From Hypanus sabinus (Eukaryota): DNA of 64,000 nucleotides. The notes under the pieces were generated by a model, which saw only the letters and a program-made list of their open reading frames with translations, searched no databases and was not told the DNA's origin. Shown one piece after another: positions 49,290 through 62,494 of the stretch (positions within the stretch are counted from its first letter, which is position 1; each line of letters begins with the position of its first letter). Both the position numbers and the translations under genes were made by a program. The stretch covers positions 152,086,001 through 152,150,000 of the forward strand of contig NC_082710.1 in the NCBI RefSeq assembly GCF_030144855.1, written 5' to 3'.

Positions 49290-51330
49290 TAAACATGCTG
49301 GCCTGTAAACTGTTGAAGGACCCTAATGGCAGTTGTATACAGGCCTCCAAACAGCAGCCAGGATGTGGATTACAAATTACAACAAGATATAGAAAAGGCA
49401 TGTCAAGAGAGAGAATTTGTAGATGTCTAAATGATGGCTTTTTAAGAACAGCTTGTAGTTGAGCCCACTAGGGCTGTGCTGTGCTGGATTGGGTGTTGTG
49501 CAATGGTCTGGAGGTGATAAAAGAGCTTTAAGGTTAAGGAACCCTTAGGGAACAGTGATCACTTTGAAACTTAAGGAGAAACAAAATTCCAATGTGTCAG
49601 TATTTCAGTGGAATAAAAGAAATTACAATATCATGAGAGGGGACTAGGCAAAAGTTGACTGGAAAGGGACACTAGAAGGAAGGACAGCAGAGCAGCAATG
49701 GCTGGAGTTTCTGTGAGAAATGAAGGGAATGCAAGACAGATATATTCAAAATAATAAGAAATTTTAAAAATGGAACAAGGACACTGCCGTAGCTGACAAG
49801 TGACATCAGAGCCAAAGTAAAAGCAAAAGAGAAGGCATACAATGAAGCCAAAGCTAGTGGGAAGATAGAGGATTGGGAATCTTTTAAAAACTTGCAGAAA
49901 GAAACTAAGGAAGTCATTAGGAAGGAAAAGATGAATTATGAAAGGAAGCTAATAACTAATATCAAAGAAGATACTAAAAGCTTTTTTTAAGTATATAAAG
50001 GGTAAAAGAGAGTTGAGGGTAAATTTAGGACCAATAACAAATGACACTAGAGTTATTGTAATAAGAGACACAGAGATGGCAGAAGAAATGATTGGGTATT
50101 TTGCAATAGTGTGAAGTCTGCAATATACCGAACATACACTAGCCTGACATCAGTGGTTGGGAAGTTGTTGGAATCGATTGTTTAGGGATGAGTTTATGGA
50201 GTAGCTGGAGGCGCATGACAAGATAGGCCCAAACCAGTATGGTTTCCTGAAAAGAAAATCCTGACTTACTAATCTACAGCAATTTTTTGAGGAAATTACA
50301 AGCAGGGTAGACAAAGGAAATATATTTGATTTGGTGTACTTGGATTTTCAAATGGCCTTTGAAAAGGTGCTGCACATGAGGCTGCTTAGCAAGATAAGCT
50401 CACATAGAATTACAAGGCATTGGTGGAGTATTGGCCGATTGGTAGAAAACAGAGTGGGAATTAAAGGATGCTATTTTGGCTGGCTGCCGGCTACCAGTGG
50501 AGTTCCAAGGGTGTCAGTTTTGGGACCATTGCTTTTTATGATGCATGTCGATGATTTCGACCATGAGATTAATGGATTTGTGGCTAAATTTTTGAATTTC
50601 ACAGACAGGTGGAGAAGCTGGTAGCATTGAGGAAACAGAGCCTGCAGGGAGACTTTGATAGTTTAGCGAAATGGACAGAAGTGGCAAATGAAGTACAATG
50701 TATGGTCCTGCAATTTGGTGGAAGAAATAAACGGGCTGACCATTATTTAGATGGGGAAAGAATTCAAAATGCAGAGACTTTGCTGGTGAAAGCAAATGCA
50801 ATATTTGATGTTGAGGCTCTATGGGGCACTCATGAGACCACACTTGGAGTATCATGTGCCGATTTGGGCACCTTATTTTAGAAAGGAAGTACTGACATTG
50901 GAGAAGTTTCAGAGATGATTCACAAGAATGATTCCAGGAATGAAAGGGTTACCATATGAGGAACATATGGCAGCTCATGGGCTGTACTCCCTGGAGTTCA
51001 GGGGAATGGGCATGGGAATCTCATAGGGGAATCTAGGGCAAGCAGGCATGACTTTAGGATTGAAGGGCAGCCATTTCAAATACAGATGCAGAGAAATCAC
51101 TTTAGTCAGAAGGTAGTAAATCTGTGGAATTTGTTGCCATGACCATCTGTAAAGGCACTATTGGGTGCACTTAAGGCAGAGATAGAGAGGTTCATGATTA
51201 GCCAGGGCATCAAAGGGTATGAAAAGGCAGGGGAGTGGGGGTGACTGGAAGAATTGGGTCAGCCCATGATTCAGTGGTGTAGCAGACTCAATGGGCTGAA
51301 TGGCCAACTGCTGCTCCTATATCTTATGGT
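49290..51330 (+). mobile_element. CR1 LINE ORF2 remnant with large internal deletions and 3' end
   Basis: [34 protein letters not shown] and GLYSLEF motifs. Confidence 0.85.
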
Positions 51331-51379
51331 CTAAACTGTGCAAATGCAGATATGAATGAATAGCAATATATAACAAAAC

Positions 51380-52060
51380 ATGAAATAACAATATAACCTC
51401 CATCAATATAACAAAGTAACAGTGTCCTTAAATGAGTGTAGTTATCCACTTTTGTTCAAGAGCCTGGTGGTTGAGGTAAGTAACTGTTCTTGAACCTGGG
51501 TGGTACGTGTGCTGAGGCACCTGTATCTTCTACCTGATGGGAGCAACAAGAAAAGAGCATGACTTGCAAGGCGAGAATCATTGACAATGGATGCTGTTTT
51601 TCCATGGTAATGTTTCATGCAGTTATGCTGAATGGTAGGGAGGTATATATCCATGATGTACTGGGCCAAATCCATTACCTTTTGTAGGATATTCTGCTCA
51701 AGAGCATTTGTGCTCCCAGACAGGGTCATAACACAGCCAATCAGCACACTTTCCACCACACATCTATACAAGTTTACCAATGACATTCCAAACCTCCACA
51801 GACTCCTATGGATGTACAAGTGCTGTTGTCCTTTCTTGACAATAATAGTTATATGATAGGTCCAGGGCAGATCATCTGAGATAGTAACAACCCGGAATTT
51901 AAAGTTACTGATCTTCCAATGATTACTGGTTCATGGACCTCTTGTTTCCCTCTCCTGGAGTCCACAATCAGTGCCTTGGTCTTAGTGACATTGAATGTGA
52001 GGTTGTTGTTATTACATCACTCAGCCAAGTTTTCAATCTCTCTATCCTGTATGCTGATTC
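51380..52060 (-). mobile_element. Rex1/Babar LINE 3' fragment
   Basis: NLYRCVVESVLIGC and LFLLLPSGRRYR motifs. Confidence 0.8.
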
Positions 52061-52089
52061 TCAACACCCTTTGATACTATGGTAAGACT

Positions 52090-52690
52090 GTAAGATATAG
52101 GAACAGAATTAGGCATTTGGCCCATTGAGTCTGCTCCACCGATTCATCATGGCCAATCCATTTTTCTCTCAGCCCCAATCTCCAGCCTTCTCCCATAACC
52201 CTTCATGCCCTGACCACTCAGCATCTGTCTCAAATATACATAATGCCTTGGTCTCAACAGCACCTGTGGCAACAAATTCAACACATTCAGCAGTCTGGCG
52301 AAAGAATTCCCTCCTCATCTCCATTCTAAAAGGACACCTCTCCACTTTGAGGCAGTTTCATCTGGTCTTAATCACTCCCACCACAGGAAACAGTCTTTCC
52401 ATATCCATGCTATCAAGGCTTTTCCTCATTCAGTTTTTGATTAGGTCACCCCTCATTATTCTAAATTCCAGTGAATAGAGGTCCCAATCCATCAATGCTC
52501 TTCATATGACAAACCATTTATTCCTTGAATCATTTTCATTTAATCCAGTTTCAGCACATCCTTTCCAAGATAATAGGGTCCGAAACTGCAAACAGTGCTG
52601 CAGCTGAGGCCTCACCAGTGTTTTATAGTCTCAAGATTACATCCTTGCTTTTATATTCTAAAATAAATGATAAAATTAAAGAGACTATCT
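52090..52690 (-). mobile_element. CR1 3' fragment
   Basis: CR1 3' UTR and tail (ctgtaagatataggaacagaattaggcatttggccc) plus RT C-terminal remnants. Confidence 0.75.
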
Positions 52691-52999
52691 TGCACTTTGG
52701 AACACGAAAATACTTCAGAGTGGTGTGATAAATTTCAAAGGAATTCAGGCATATCAGACTATGCTCTATGTACAAGTAATTAATAAACTTAAATCTGAAA
52801 TCTGCTCTATAGATCCTTGTGCTGAGAAAGAATGATTTGGCTCAACACTGCAGATCTTTCTATGAAAGTTACTTCCTGACAATATAATCAGACATAGATA
52901 ATATGCAATTACTGGTCATGGCACTATTGTGGAGAATCTCAGTTAGAAACAAGGAGACAGAGGAGTGAGATGGATTGTCTAGTTGAGTGGTTTTGCAAC

Positions 53000-54540
53000 A
53001 TCCTCTCAATCAGCAACAGAAAGACCAAAGAACTGATTGCAGACTTCAGAAAGTGAAAGTCAGGTACATATACTCTAGCCCTTACATCACCCTTTCATTG
53101 ATGGAAAGGGTGAGCAACAGCTCCTCAGTGTCAATATCTTAGTGGATCTATCCTTCACTGAATATATTGATGCCGTCTTGAAGAAAGCATGCAGCAGCTC
53201 CAGCTCATTGGCAATCTGAAGAGTTTTGCCATGCTGCTAAAACCTTGTGTAACTTACTGCACATTTATAATGGATAGCACACCGGGTGATCCTCCTCACT
53301 GGCGATCAACACTGGCACACCACAGGGGTGTGTGCTTAGCCCACTGCTCTACTCTCAGTATACACATGACTGTGTCTAGGCATAGCTCAAATACCATCTA
53401 TAAATTTGCTAATTATAGAACCATTTTTGGTAGGATCTCAGGTGGTAACAAGAGGGTGTACAGGAGTGAGATATGCCAACTAGTAGAATGGTGCCACAGC
53501 AACAACCTGACATTCAAAGTCAGTAAGACGAAAGAGCACATACCAGTCCTCAAAGGGATCAGAAGTGAAGAGAGTGAGCAGCTTCAAGTTCTTGGGTGTC
53601 AAGATCTGAGGGTTTAACCTGGTCCCAACATAGTGATGTAGTTATAAAGAAGCCGACAGCAGCTATACTTTATTAGGAGTTTGAACAAATTTGACATGTC
53701 CACAAGTACACTCAAAAACTTCTATAGTTGCACCATGGAGAGCATTCTGACAGGCTGCATCACTAACTGGTATGGAAGGGTTACTGCACAGGACCAGAAG
53801 AAGGTGCAGAAGGTTGTAAATCTAGTCAGCTCCATCTTGGACACTAGTCTACAAAGTACCCAGGACATCTTTAGGGAGTGGTGTCTGAGAAAGGCAGTTT
53901 CCATTATTAAGGACCTGCAGCACCCAGGACATGCCCTTTATGCATTTTACTATCAGGTAGAGACACAGAAGCCTGATGGCACACACTCAGCGATAGCTTC
54001 TTCCCCTCTGCCATCCAATTCCTATATGGACATTGAGGCTATGGACACTACACTTCTTTTTAAATACACAGCATTTCTGCTTTTGCAGATACTTTAAAAT
54101 TTATTCTCTATATATATATATATATATATATTTATGATTTACTTGTTTATTTATGTTTTATTTTATTAATTATTTTTTCTCTCTCTACTAGAATATGTAT
54201 TGCATTGAGCTGCTGCTGCTAAGTTAACAAATTTCACATTGTATGCTGGTGATAAAATTGTTATTCTGATTATGATCTATCATTAAGGAAACTCACCACC
54301 CAGACTTGCTCTATTCATATTATTATCACTGAAAGGAGGTGCAATAGCCTGAAGACTCACACTCAAAATTTAAGGAAAAGCTTCTACATCCCACCAGATG
54401 TATGAATGGTCCACAAAGCTATGAATGCTGCCTCATTGTTTGTCTCTTGTAGTACTTGCTTTTGCATTTAAAGGCTCATGTCTTACACAGCACCGTACCT
54501 GCAAAATGACAAATTTCACAATATGTGCAAGTGATAATAA
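53000..54540 (+). mobile_element. Rearranged Rex1/Babar fragments
   Basis: SSNTIYKFANY, YRSEICQLVEWC and FYSCTMESILTGCITNWYG motifs. Confidence 0.8.
54109..54132. repeat. (TA)12 microsatellite
   Basis: Seen directly. Confidence 0.9.
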
Positions 54541-55136
54541 ACATTCAGATTCTGCAAGGCTTTTTTGAATCCTCTGACAAACTGGTATCATTCATAAGTA
54601 AAAACACTTTTATTTGACTTTCACTGTGATTGGCAACATCCTTATCAGCACAGAATTCAGATTTATGTCAAATGGAATTCCTACTGAAAACAAAACCCTA
54701 AACTTACTTATGTATTCATAAAATCAGTTGGTATCTTTATGGTAATACTTTACTGTAATTTTCCTTCTTAAATTATAACATTGGGCCCTCTCTATTTGTA
54801 CAGTAAGCATCCTCTAAACAAAACCACAAACTTCTGAAAAGTATGCAAGTCTCCAGCACTTATTCTGTTATGTTAACCAGCGACTATTTTAAGCTAATCG
54901 TCCTGCTGTGAAACCTTTTGGTAAGAGCATGCAAGAGGCAGTCTGGTGGAGCACCTTGTCAGTCCAGATGTAGAGTACAAGTCCAAATTCCCTGTTCTAA
55001 TGGTGTCATAGACCTTCAGCAGAGAAACATGTGTCCTCTATCCATCTACCATGTAGATATCATTTGTGGTCTTGGATACCTCTGATGGTAATGGGCTCAT
55101 AATATTTGCTTTGTCTTTGAGCCTTATAAGTTTGTA

Positions 55137-55164
55137 CATCCATCCATCCATCCATCCATCCATC
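55137..55164. repeat. (CATC)7 microsatellite
   Basis: Seen directly. Confidence 0.9.
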
Positions 55165-55916
55165 CCCTATCCTCCAAGCAAAATGAAGTTCAGTCTGTCC
55201 TCATAACTGAGACAGTCCATGTCCAACAACTTCCTTTGGAATCTCCTCAGCACAATCTAGAATACCAGTAACCAATAGGGTAAACCTTTACTGTACATTC
55301 CCTAACAAGCACACCTTTCCAGCATAGATAGTTCAGTAGTAAACCTCAATATTCCATCTTTACACTCTTAGCACTGAATTAGTGTCTTGACTGTAAATGT
55401 GAACTAAATTATACTAAATGTGAACCACCACTTTGCCTCCACAGATGCCACCTAACTCAGCATTCCCACAGCAATTTGTTTCATGCACCTTTCTTTACAG
55501 AATTATGTAGTTTCAAAAATACTTTTGGGATATCATGCAAATTAATTCATTATGTCTCTAGAATTGTGCAGAACAGTATGGGTCCTAGAACACAATATAA
55601 ATATGAAAATCTACTCTACATCAATACAGCTCATTCCTCCTACAAAACCTCCAGACATCCATTTTATATCATTTTCATATCCAACGATCCTTTAAATATA
55701 TTAATATTCTGCATTATTTTCTAAAACTCTACCTCTACATAAATAGCTTTCAAATATCTGATTACGGGAAAAATATACAAACAGTACAAAGGCTGCATGA
55801 TAGCAGTGTGCAGATTGGGCATTTCACTAACAGGGTCTCACCATCTACTCCCTTATTCTACTCAGGATTGTTCATTTTATTCAAAGGCAATATATTAATT
55901 AGCAATTTCATCTTAC

Positions 55917-56019
55917 CTCTTCTTTTTCCAGCAATAAATTCCTACAATGGTAGCAATCAGCAATATAATTACAACTGCAGTAATCAGCCCGATGTGTCTG
56001 CCTTTCTTCCCACTGTCTT
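55917..56019 (-). pseudogene. MHC class I-like gene: connecting peptide/transmembrane exon (103 bp)
   Basis: Acceptor ttttcag|AA and donor AG|gtaaga; encodes (E)DSGKKGRHIGLITAVVIILLIATIVGIYCWKKK; splices in frame with the alpha-3 exon donor. Confidence 0.85.
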
Positions 56020-56789
56020 CTGAAAAATAATACAGTTTTGCAATTATACTAATATACTGATAAGCTTTGCAGATATGGCATTGTTCCAAATATGTAGGTT
56101 ATATGTTGTTTTACAAGCCTGGCATTCCCTTGAGCTATGTATACAGTGCATTATTTTATAAATTGAATTGAATTGATTTTTATTGTCATTATAGATATAT
56201 ATATATATAATGAAACTCTGTTTGGCTTCCTTTCAGGCAATCAAACAAAGCGGTGGATAAAAACAAGACTGTAATAGAAAAATAGTATTACATAGATAAG
56301 TAGAAGAAAATAAGTTGCAGCAGCACCAGAGGGTAACTTCTATACTCCATAGACTTTGCAGAACAGGTCTTTGTGAACATTTCATTGCAGAACAAAGCAT
56401 GAAGCAGACAGCAAAGGGTTAGGTGTTTATAATCTGAGAGGATCCATTAACTGCTCGATATGGAAGTATCATTTGAAGAACAATTATCAGAAACTCAATT
56501 TCGTGAACAGTTTGAAAGGAATCTGGGTCTGAAACAATGTGTTAAAGTAATACAGTAGATATGGTGCATTTTGGCAAGTTGAAGTAAAATAAAATCAACT
56601 TCATAATAAAATGCAAAAATTAAGATGTAAAATTAGAATGAATTTTCAGCATGTTGTGCTGACATGGACTTCGTTTTTATTTGTTTTATTGCATTTCTCC
56701 TTACAAATATGTATAAATTATGATCAATGTATTTTTGTGCAGGAGGTTTTTAATGAATTTTTTGCTTTGCATTCACCAGTGAGAGGCAA

Positions 56790-57650
56790 CTTGATTGTCA
56801 GAGCAGTGCAAGGACATGATGATATATCTGACCATATTCATATTAAGAGAAATCACTGGAACGTCTGAAGAACATTGGGATAGATCAGTCCCTGGGGCTG
56901 GATGGCATTATACACTACTGTGGGAAATGAAGGAGGAGATGAATGCTTTTGTGATGTTCTTTGCATCCTCACTGGATGCCATAATATTACTAGATGACTG
57001 AAGCTTGACAAACATTATTTTGTTCAAGAACGCGAGTACAGATAACCCTGGAAATTATAGACTAGTGAGTTTGATATCTGTTGTGGACAGATCTTTGGAA
57101 AATATTCTGAGATATCGGATGAGTATTTAGGGACACACTGGTTTACGTGGAGCAGGTCTTGCCTCACAAAATTGATTGAACTTTTTTGAAAATGTGACAA
57201 AGCACATTGAGAAGGCAGGGCAGTAGACAGGATACATATGGATTTTAGTAAGGCATTTGATAAGGTTCCAAATTGTAGGTTTGTTCAGAAAATCAGGAGT
57301 CATGGGATACAGGGAAGCTTGTCTGCTTGGATAAAAAATTGGCTTGCCATTAGAAGGCAATAGATCACTATAGATGAAGCATATTCTGTTCAGAGTTTGG
57401 TGACCAATGATTTCCTGCAAGAATCTGTTTTAGGGTCCGTGCTCTTTGTGATATTTATAAAAGAACTGTTGATTACATGGAATATGCTGTCATGAGTGGT
57501 GCTAGACGTAGATACATTTAGGATAATAGTAGATCTCCTAGATAGGTACATGTGATAGGAAAATAAGGGGTTATGTTGGACGGAAGGGCAAGGTTGATCA
57601 TGGAGTAGGTTAAAAATGGGCACAGCATCATGTGCTGTAGGGCCTGTACT
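56790..57650 (+). mobile_element. CR1 RT fragment in the class I-like intron
   Basis: SPGAGW, GNYRLVSL and [10 protein letters not shown]-like motifs with deletions. Confidence 0.8.
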
Positions 57651-58599
57651 CTACTGTAACATGCTACATTCTATGCCTTCTTTATTCTTGGTTGTACTAC
57701 TCATATATTTGCTAGTGTAGCCTAGGCACATAACAACAGTGTATTTTACAGACAATGCACACTACATATGTGGAAGCAACAAGTTTGTGGCTTCACACAC
57801 ACAGTAAAATTCAGGCCTCCTGATTTGTGCTGCTTGAACCGTGGAGACAGTAGAGAAGCTTTTGCACATCAGGTGTAAGTTATTGGTCACTGACTGGGTA
57901 AGATAACCACAGCTTTAAACATTTAATCTAATTGAGGTTTTGCACCATGATTAATGCAAGAGTCTGACTGTGGGCAATGTTTAATGGCCATGGCATTTTA
58001 TATGAAAAGGCAGGCAGATTACCAATTTTTGGGCATGGTCATACCCAGCATTTGTGATAAAAATATTATTAGCCACTTAACAATCCAGTTGAACATTTTA
58101 TTCAGGGCTTCATACATACACAAGTCAATTACCCTTCAGTGGCTAAATTAGTTGATTAAAGACTGTTTATTTTCTAACATTTAATTAAAACCCCAATACA
58201 AAATATAACAGGGCTTCTCTCTCCATTCTCACAGCATACTTGGTTCAATACATTTTATAATATTTTTTTCAATTTCAAGTTAGTAACAACTGGAACAAGT
58301 TGCATTTGTGGTATCAATGTTGGATGTATAAATATAAATGTAAATTATGTGTAAAGCAATGGACAGAAATTTACACAGAAATGAATATTAGAAGATGGGA
58401 TTTATAAATTGCTACAGTTTTTGCTTTCATTCATCAGCAACATGGAAGACTACACAATATATTATTATAAACAAGGTTCAAAGGAATTAGAATACAGGAT
58501 GCAATCTGAGGGATTAAAAGGAAACAGGAAATGATAATGACAATCTGTTATTAATAGTTCCAAAACTTACTCCATCTGCACAAATTTGAATGTCCTTAC

Positions 58600-58866
58600 C
58601 CCAGATGACTGTCTTCCCATCCGGCATGCTGCTATGATTAATATGGCAGGAATACTCTTTGCCATCAGATGGTTCAAAATCAAGGACAGACCGCAGTTGA
58701 TATGTTCCATCTTCATTTGGTAATACTCCAGTAGATTTTGTCTCAGAGACATGTTGCCGATTCTAGAACCAGCTCACACTGATGGCCATCGGATAAAATC
58801 CAAACATGCTGCATTTCAGAAACCAGTAATTGCCCTTGTGGGCATCAAGAAAAACCTCAGGAACAA
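58600..58866 (-). pseudogene. MHC class I-like gene: alpha-3 (Ig C1-set) exon, 267 bp, with premature stop and defective acceptor
   Basis: VPEVFLDAHKGNYWFLKCSMFGFYPMAISVSWF*NRQHVSETKSTGVLPNEDGTYQLRSVLDFEPSDGKEYSCHINHSSMPDGKTVIW. Both Ig cysteines, GFYP, the core W, LPNEDGTYQ and YSCHINHSS are present; phase 1-1; donor G|gtaagg; TAG at 58763-58765; the acceptor reads AA instead of AG. Confidence 0.9.
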
Positions 58867-58873
58867 TTACATG

Positions 58874-59590
58874 ATAGAACATAGAACACAGAAAAATAGT
58901 ATACAGTATATGCCCCTTTGTCCATAATGTTACTTTAATATTTTAATCTACCCAAGATCAATCTAATTGTTCTCACCAATATAGCCCTCGATTTGTCTTT
59001 TTGTGCCTATAAGCATCTTAAATGACCCAAATGCATCTGTATCTACTGCAGTTTCTGGCAACACATACAATGCACCCACTGCTCCCAGTGTAAAAAAAAA
59101 CTACCTCTGACCTCCTCACTATACTTTCCTCCAATCATCTTAAAATTATAAGCACCCATATTAACAATTACCCCCTAGGAAAAAGGGGCTGGTTTCCCAC
59201 TCTGTCATTCCATCAAGACACCTTTCATTCTCCCTTGCTCCAAAGTGAAAAGATCAAACAACATTTTTCATGAGACATTATCTGTAATCCAGGCAGCATC
59301 CTAGTAAATATCCTGTTTGAAATCAGTTCCTCAACCAATTAAGACCAGCAAACTACATGTCTTCATATACACCCCATCAAATTCCATGGTGAATTTGGGT
59401 GATCTATGGTTGTAGATTCCAAGATTCCTCTGTTGCTTCAACAAGTGAAAAGTCCTGCCATTAACCCTGTAGTCTGCATTCAAGTCTGTCCTTTCAAAGT
59501 GCATCGCCTCATACTTTTCCATGTTGAATTCCATCTACCACTTCTCAGCACAGTCTGCATCTTATCAATGTACAGCTGCAAAATGTTGGT
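58874..59590 (-). mobile_element. 5'-truncated CR1 whose tail lies 7 nt from the alpha-3 exon edge
   Basis: MEFNMEKYEAMHF motif; GTTCTAT tail repeats at 58874-58887. Confidence 0.85.
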
Positions 59591-59736
59591 TATTTTTAAC
59601 TTCAGTAGGATTTGTACTGCGACCATCAAGCATCCATTCCCATTAATCCCATTTCTCCTCTTTCATTTCCATCATCCAATCAGTCCTTAATTCTTCTCCC
59701 ATATTCATATACATTATTAACAACATGCAACAACCA

Positions 59737-59975
59737 GCATGGTAGCAGTGCTTAACAGTGCAAACAACCTGGGCTCAATTCCCGTTGCTGCCTGTAAAGA
59801 ATTTGCACATTCTCCCTGTGACCACATGGGTTTCTTCCCACAGTCCAAAGACCTACTGGTTAGGTATAGATTAATTGGTCATTGTAAATAGTCCCATGAT
59901 TAGCCTAGGATTAAATGGGGGGGGGGGTAATTGCTGGGTGGTGTGGCTTGAAGGGCTGGCAGGGCCTGTTCTGCA
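59737..59975 (+). mobile_element. tRNA-derived V-SINE (HE1-like)
   Basis: Degenerate head with a B-box-like GGGCTCAATTCCC; V-domain-like TTCTCCCTGTGACCACATGGGTTTCTTCCCACAGTCCAAAGAC; CR1-like tail GGGCCTGTTCTGCACT. Confidence 0.75.
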
Positions 59976-61180
59976 CTATAGGTGAGGATAGTGCAGTGGA
60001 TGTGATCTACATGGATTTTAGTAAGGCATTTGACAAGGTTCCACATGGTAGGCTTATTCAGAAGGTCAGAAGGCATGGGATCCAAGGAAGTTTGGCCAGG
60101 TGTATTCAGAATTGGCTTGCCTGCAGAAGGCAGAGGGTCATGGTGGAGGGAGTACATTCAGATTGGAGGGTTGTGACTAGTGGTGTCCCACAAGGATCTG
60201 TTCTGGGACCTCTACTTTTTCTGATTTTTATTAACAACCTGGATGTGGGGGTAGAAGGGTAGGTTGGCAAGTTTGCAAATAACACAACGGTTGGTGGTAT
60301 TGTAGATAGTGTAGAGGATTGTCGAAGATTGCAGGGAGACATTGATAGGATGCAGAAGTGGACTGAGAAATGGCAGGTGGAGTTCAACCTGGAGAAGTGT
60401 GAGGTGGTACACTTTGGAAGGACAAACTCCAAGGCAGAGTACAAAGTAAATGGCAGGATACTTGGCAGTGTGGAGGGGCAGAGGGATCTGGGGGTACATG
60501 TCCACAGATCCCTGAAAGTTGCCTCACAGGTAGATAGGGTATTTAGGAAAGCTTATGGAGTGTTAGCTTACGTAAGTCCAGGGATGGAGTTTAAGAGACG
60601 TGATGTAATGATGCAGCTCTACAAAACTCTAGTTAGGCCACACTTGAAGTATTGTGTCCAGTTCTGGTCGCCTCACTATGGGAAGGATGTCGAAGCATTG
60701 GAATAGGTACAGAAGAGATTTACCAGGATGCTGCCTGGTTTAGAGAGTATGGATTATGATCAGAGATTAAGGAAGCTCGGGCTTTACTCTTTGGAGAGAA
60801 GGAGGATGTTAGTAGACATGATAAATGTGTACAAGATATTAAAAGGAATAGACAGAGTGGATAGCCAGCACCTCCTCCCCAGGGCACCACTGCTCAGTAC
60901 AAGAGGACATGGCTTTAAAGTAAGGGGAGGGAAGTTCAAGGGGAATATTAGAGGAAGGTATTTTTTTTTAACTCAGGGAGTGGTTGGTGCGTGGAATGCA
61001 CTGCCTGAGTCAGTGGTGGAGGCAGATACACTAGTGGAGTTTAAGAGTCTACTAGCCAGGTACATGGAGGAATTTAAGGTGGGGGGTTTATATGGGAGAC
61101 AGGGTTTGAGGGTCAGCACAACATTGTGGGCTGAAGGGCCTGTAATGTGCTGTTCTTTTCAAATGTTCTATGTTCTATAT
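59976..61180 (+). mobile_element. 5'-truncated CR1 LINE (RT plus 3' tail)
   Basis: [30 protein letters not shown] and LVRPHLKYCVQFWSP motifs; TGTTCTA tail. Confidence 0.93.
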
Positions 61181-61238
61181 CTCAATAAGTAAAACATAAA
61201 TCAACAAGTAAATAACATCTCAATCAACTCAAAGGCAA

Positions 61239-61435
61239 CACAAGTGAATCTGCAGATGCTGGAAATAAATAAAAACACAAAATGCTGGCAGAACTCAGCA
61301 GGCCAGACAGCATCTATGGGACGAGGTAGTGATGACACCTCTATCATGTCTCCTCAGCCTGAAACGTCATCACTACCTCCTCCCATAGATGCTGTCTGGC
61401 CTGCTGAGCTCTGCCAGCATTTTGTTTTTATCTCA
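61239..61435. repeat. Penelope-derived palindromic short repeat (about 65-bp inverted arms)
   Basis: CAAAATGCTGGCAGAACTCAGCAGGCCAGACAGCATCTATGGGA...GTGATGAC versus GTCATCAC...TCCCATAGATGCTGTCTGGCCTGCTGAGCTCTGCCAGCATTTTG. Confidence 0.85.
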
Positions 61436-62494
61436 ATCAACTCATCTTTGTCATATACAGGAAGTGATAGCACACCATCAAAACAGACATGATTTCAGGC
61501 AGAAAATAAAATCTCCAAACAGTCAGCACATAAAATGCTTTCACTAGGCGCATGTAATTGACTATAGTAAATAAATGACAAGTTGTTAAATGAAGTGCAT
61601 GATTGGAAAATAGAAACATTTTGGAGAGTATTTGCATTGGTTGGGGGGGAAGGGATGGAACAACTTTACAAGCAAAGGGGAAGATTATTTACAAGCAAAG
61701 TGTATAAGTATTTCTATTCACAGAAGGTGATCAATCTCAGGCACTCTCTGTGCCTGACATTTGTGGAAGCTAGGCCTCTTAATACATGAAAAACAAATGA
61801 GGTTGCATTGCTGAAATATGGAGTAATTGAGATTCTTAGGAAACTGGCAAAGAAGCCTAGTTAAGGATTTGGGCAGATCAGCCATAATGACACTAAATGG
61901 TTTGATGACCAAATGGATGACACCTGCTCCTATATTTTTGCATCCTTAAATCCAGGCCTCTGGAACTGAGACATGATTACCTGTTCTATTTCTATGTTGG
62001 ATGTTTCATGCAAAGAAAAAATATCAAAGGAATTAAAAAATAAACAATTCCACCATGTCATACTTAGAAAAAAGTACAGTGTCTGATACACAGTGGAGTG
62101 ACACTGTAGCACAGCAGGTAGAGCCAGTCTCATTTCCTGTAACCAAGATTCAATCTTCCACAAGAAATCTGAAAATACTTGAGAACTTAATGAATCATGC
62201 AGAATTGATGAAAATGGAAACAATTTTAACTTTTCAGACTGCAAAGCTTTTACCAAAACAGAGAAGAAGAAAATAGTTTTCAGTTGTAAGAGAGGAAGAG
62301 GAGAGATTACAGGATAGAGTGAAAACAGCTTCCTCTTTGGAAAAAGATATCAAAGTCTTCCATTAATCTACTCCAATCTCTTTAACTTCCTGCATTAATC
62401 CATTGATTGGGCAAAGTTATAGAGGAGGTCACTCATTCACGGGGTTTGAGAGAGTGAGAGCAAGAGAAATAAAGGAACCAGAATTGTAAAGCCC

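Noticed and set aside
54708-55857. Candidate cytoplasmic exons of the class I-like gene (55842-55857, 54708-54752, acceptor at 54684)
   Set aside because: They would need 59-nt and 24-nt introns and give stops or phase conflicts, so they are not supportable without RNA data.
61930-62256. 108-aa minus-strand ORF as a possible class I leader or alpha-1 exon
   Set aside because: It overlaps the antisense of a decayed V-SINE head (62085-62160) and has no alpha-1 motifs.
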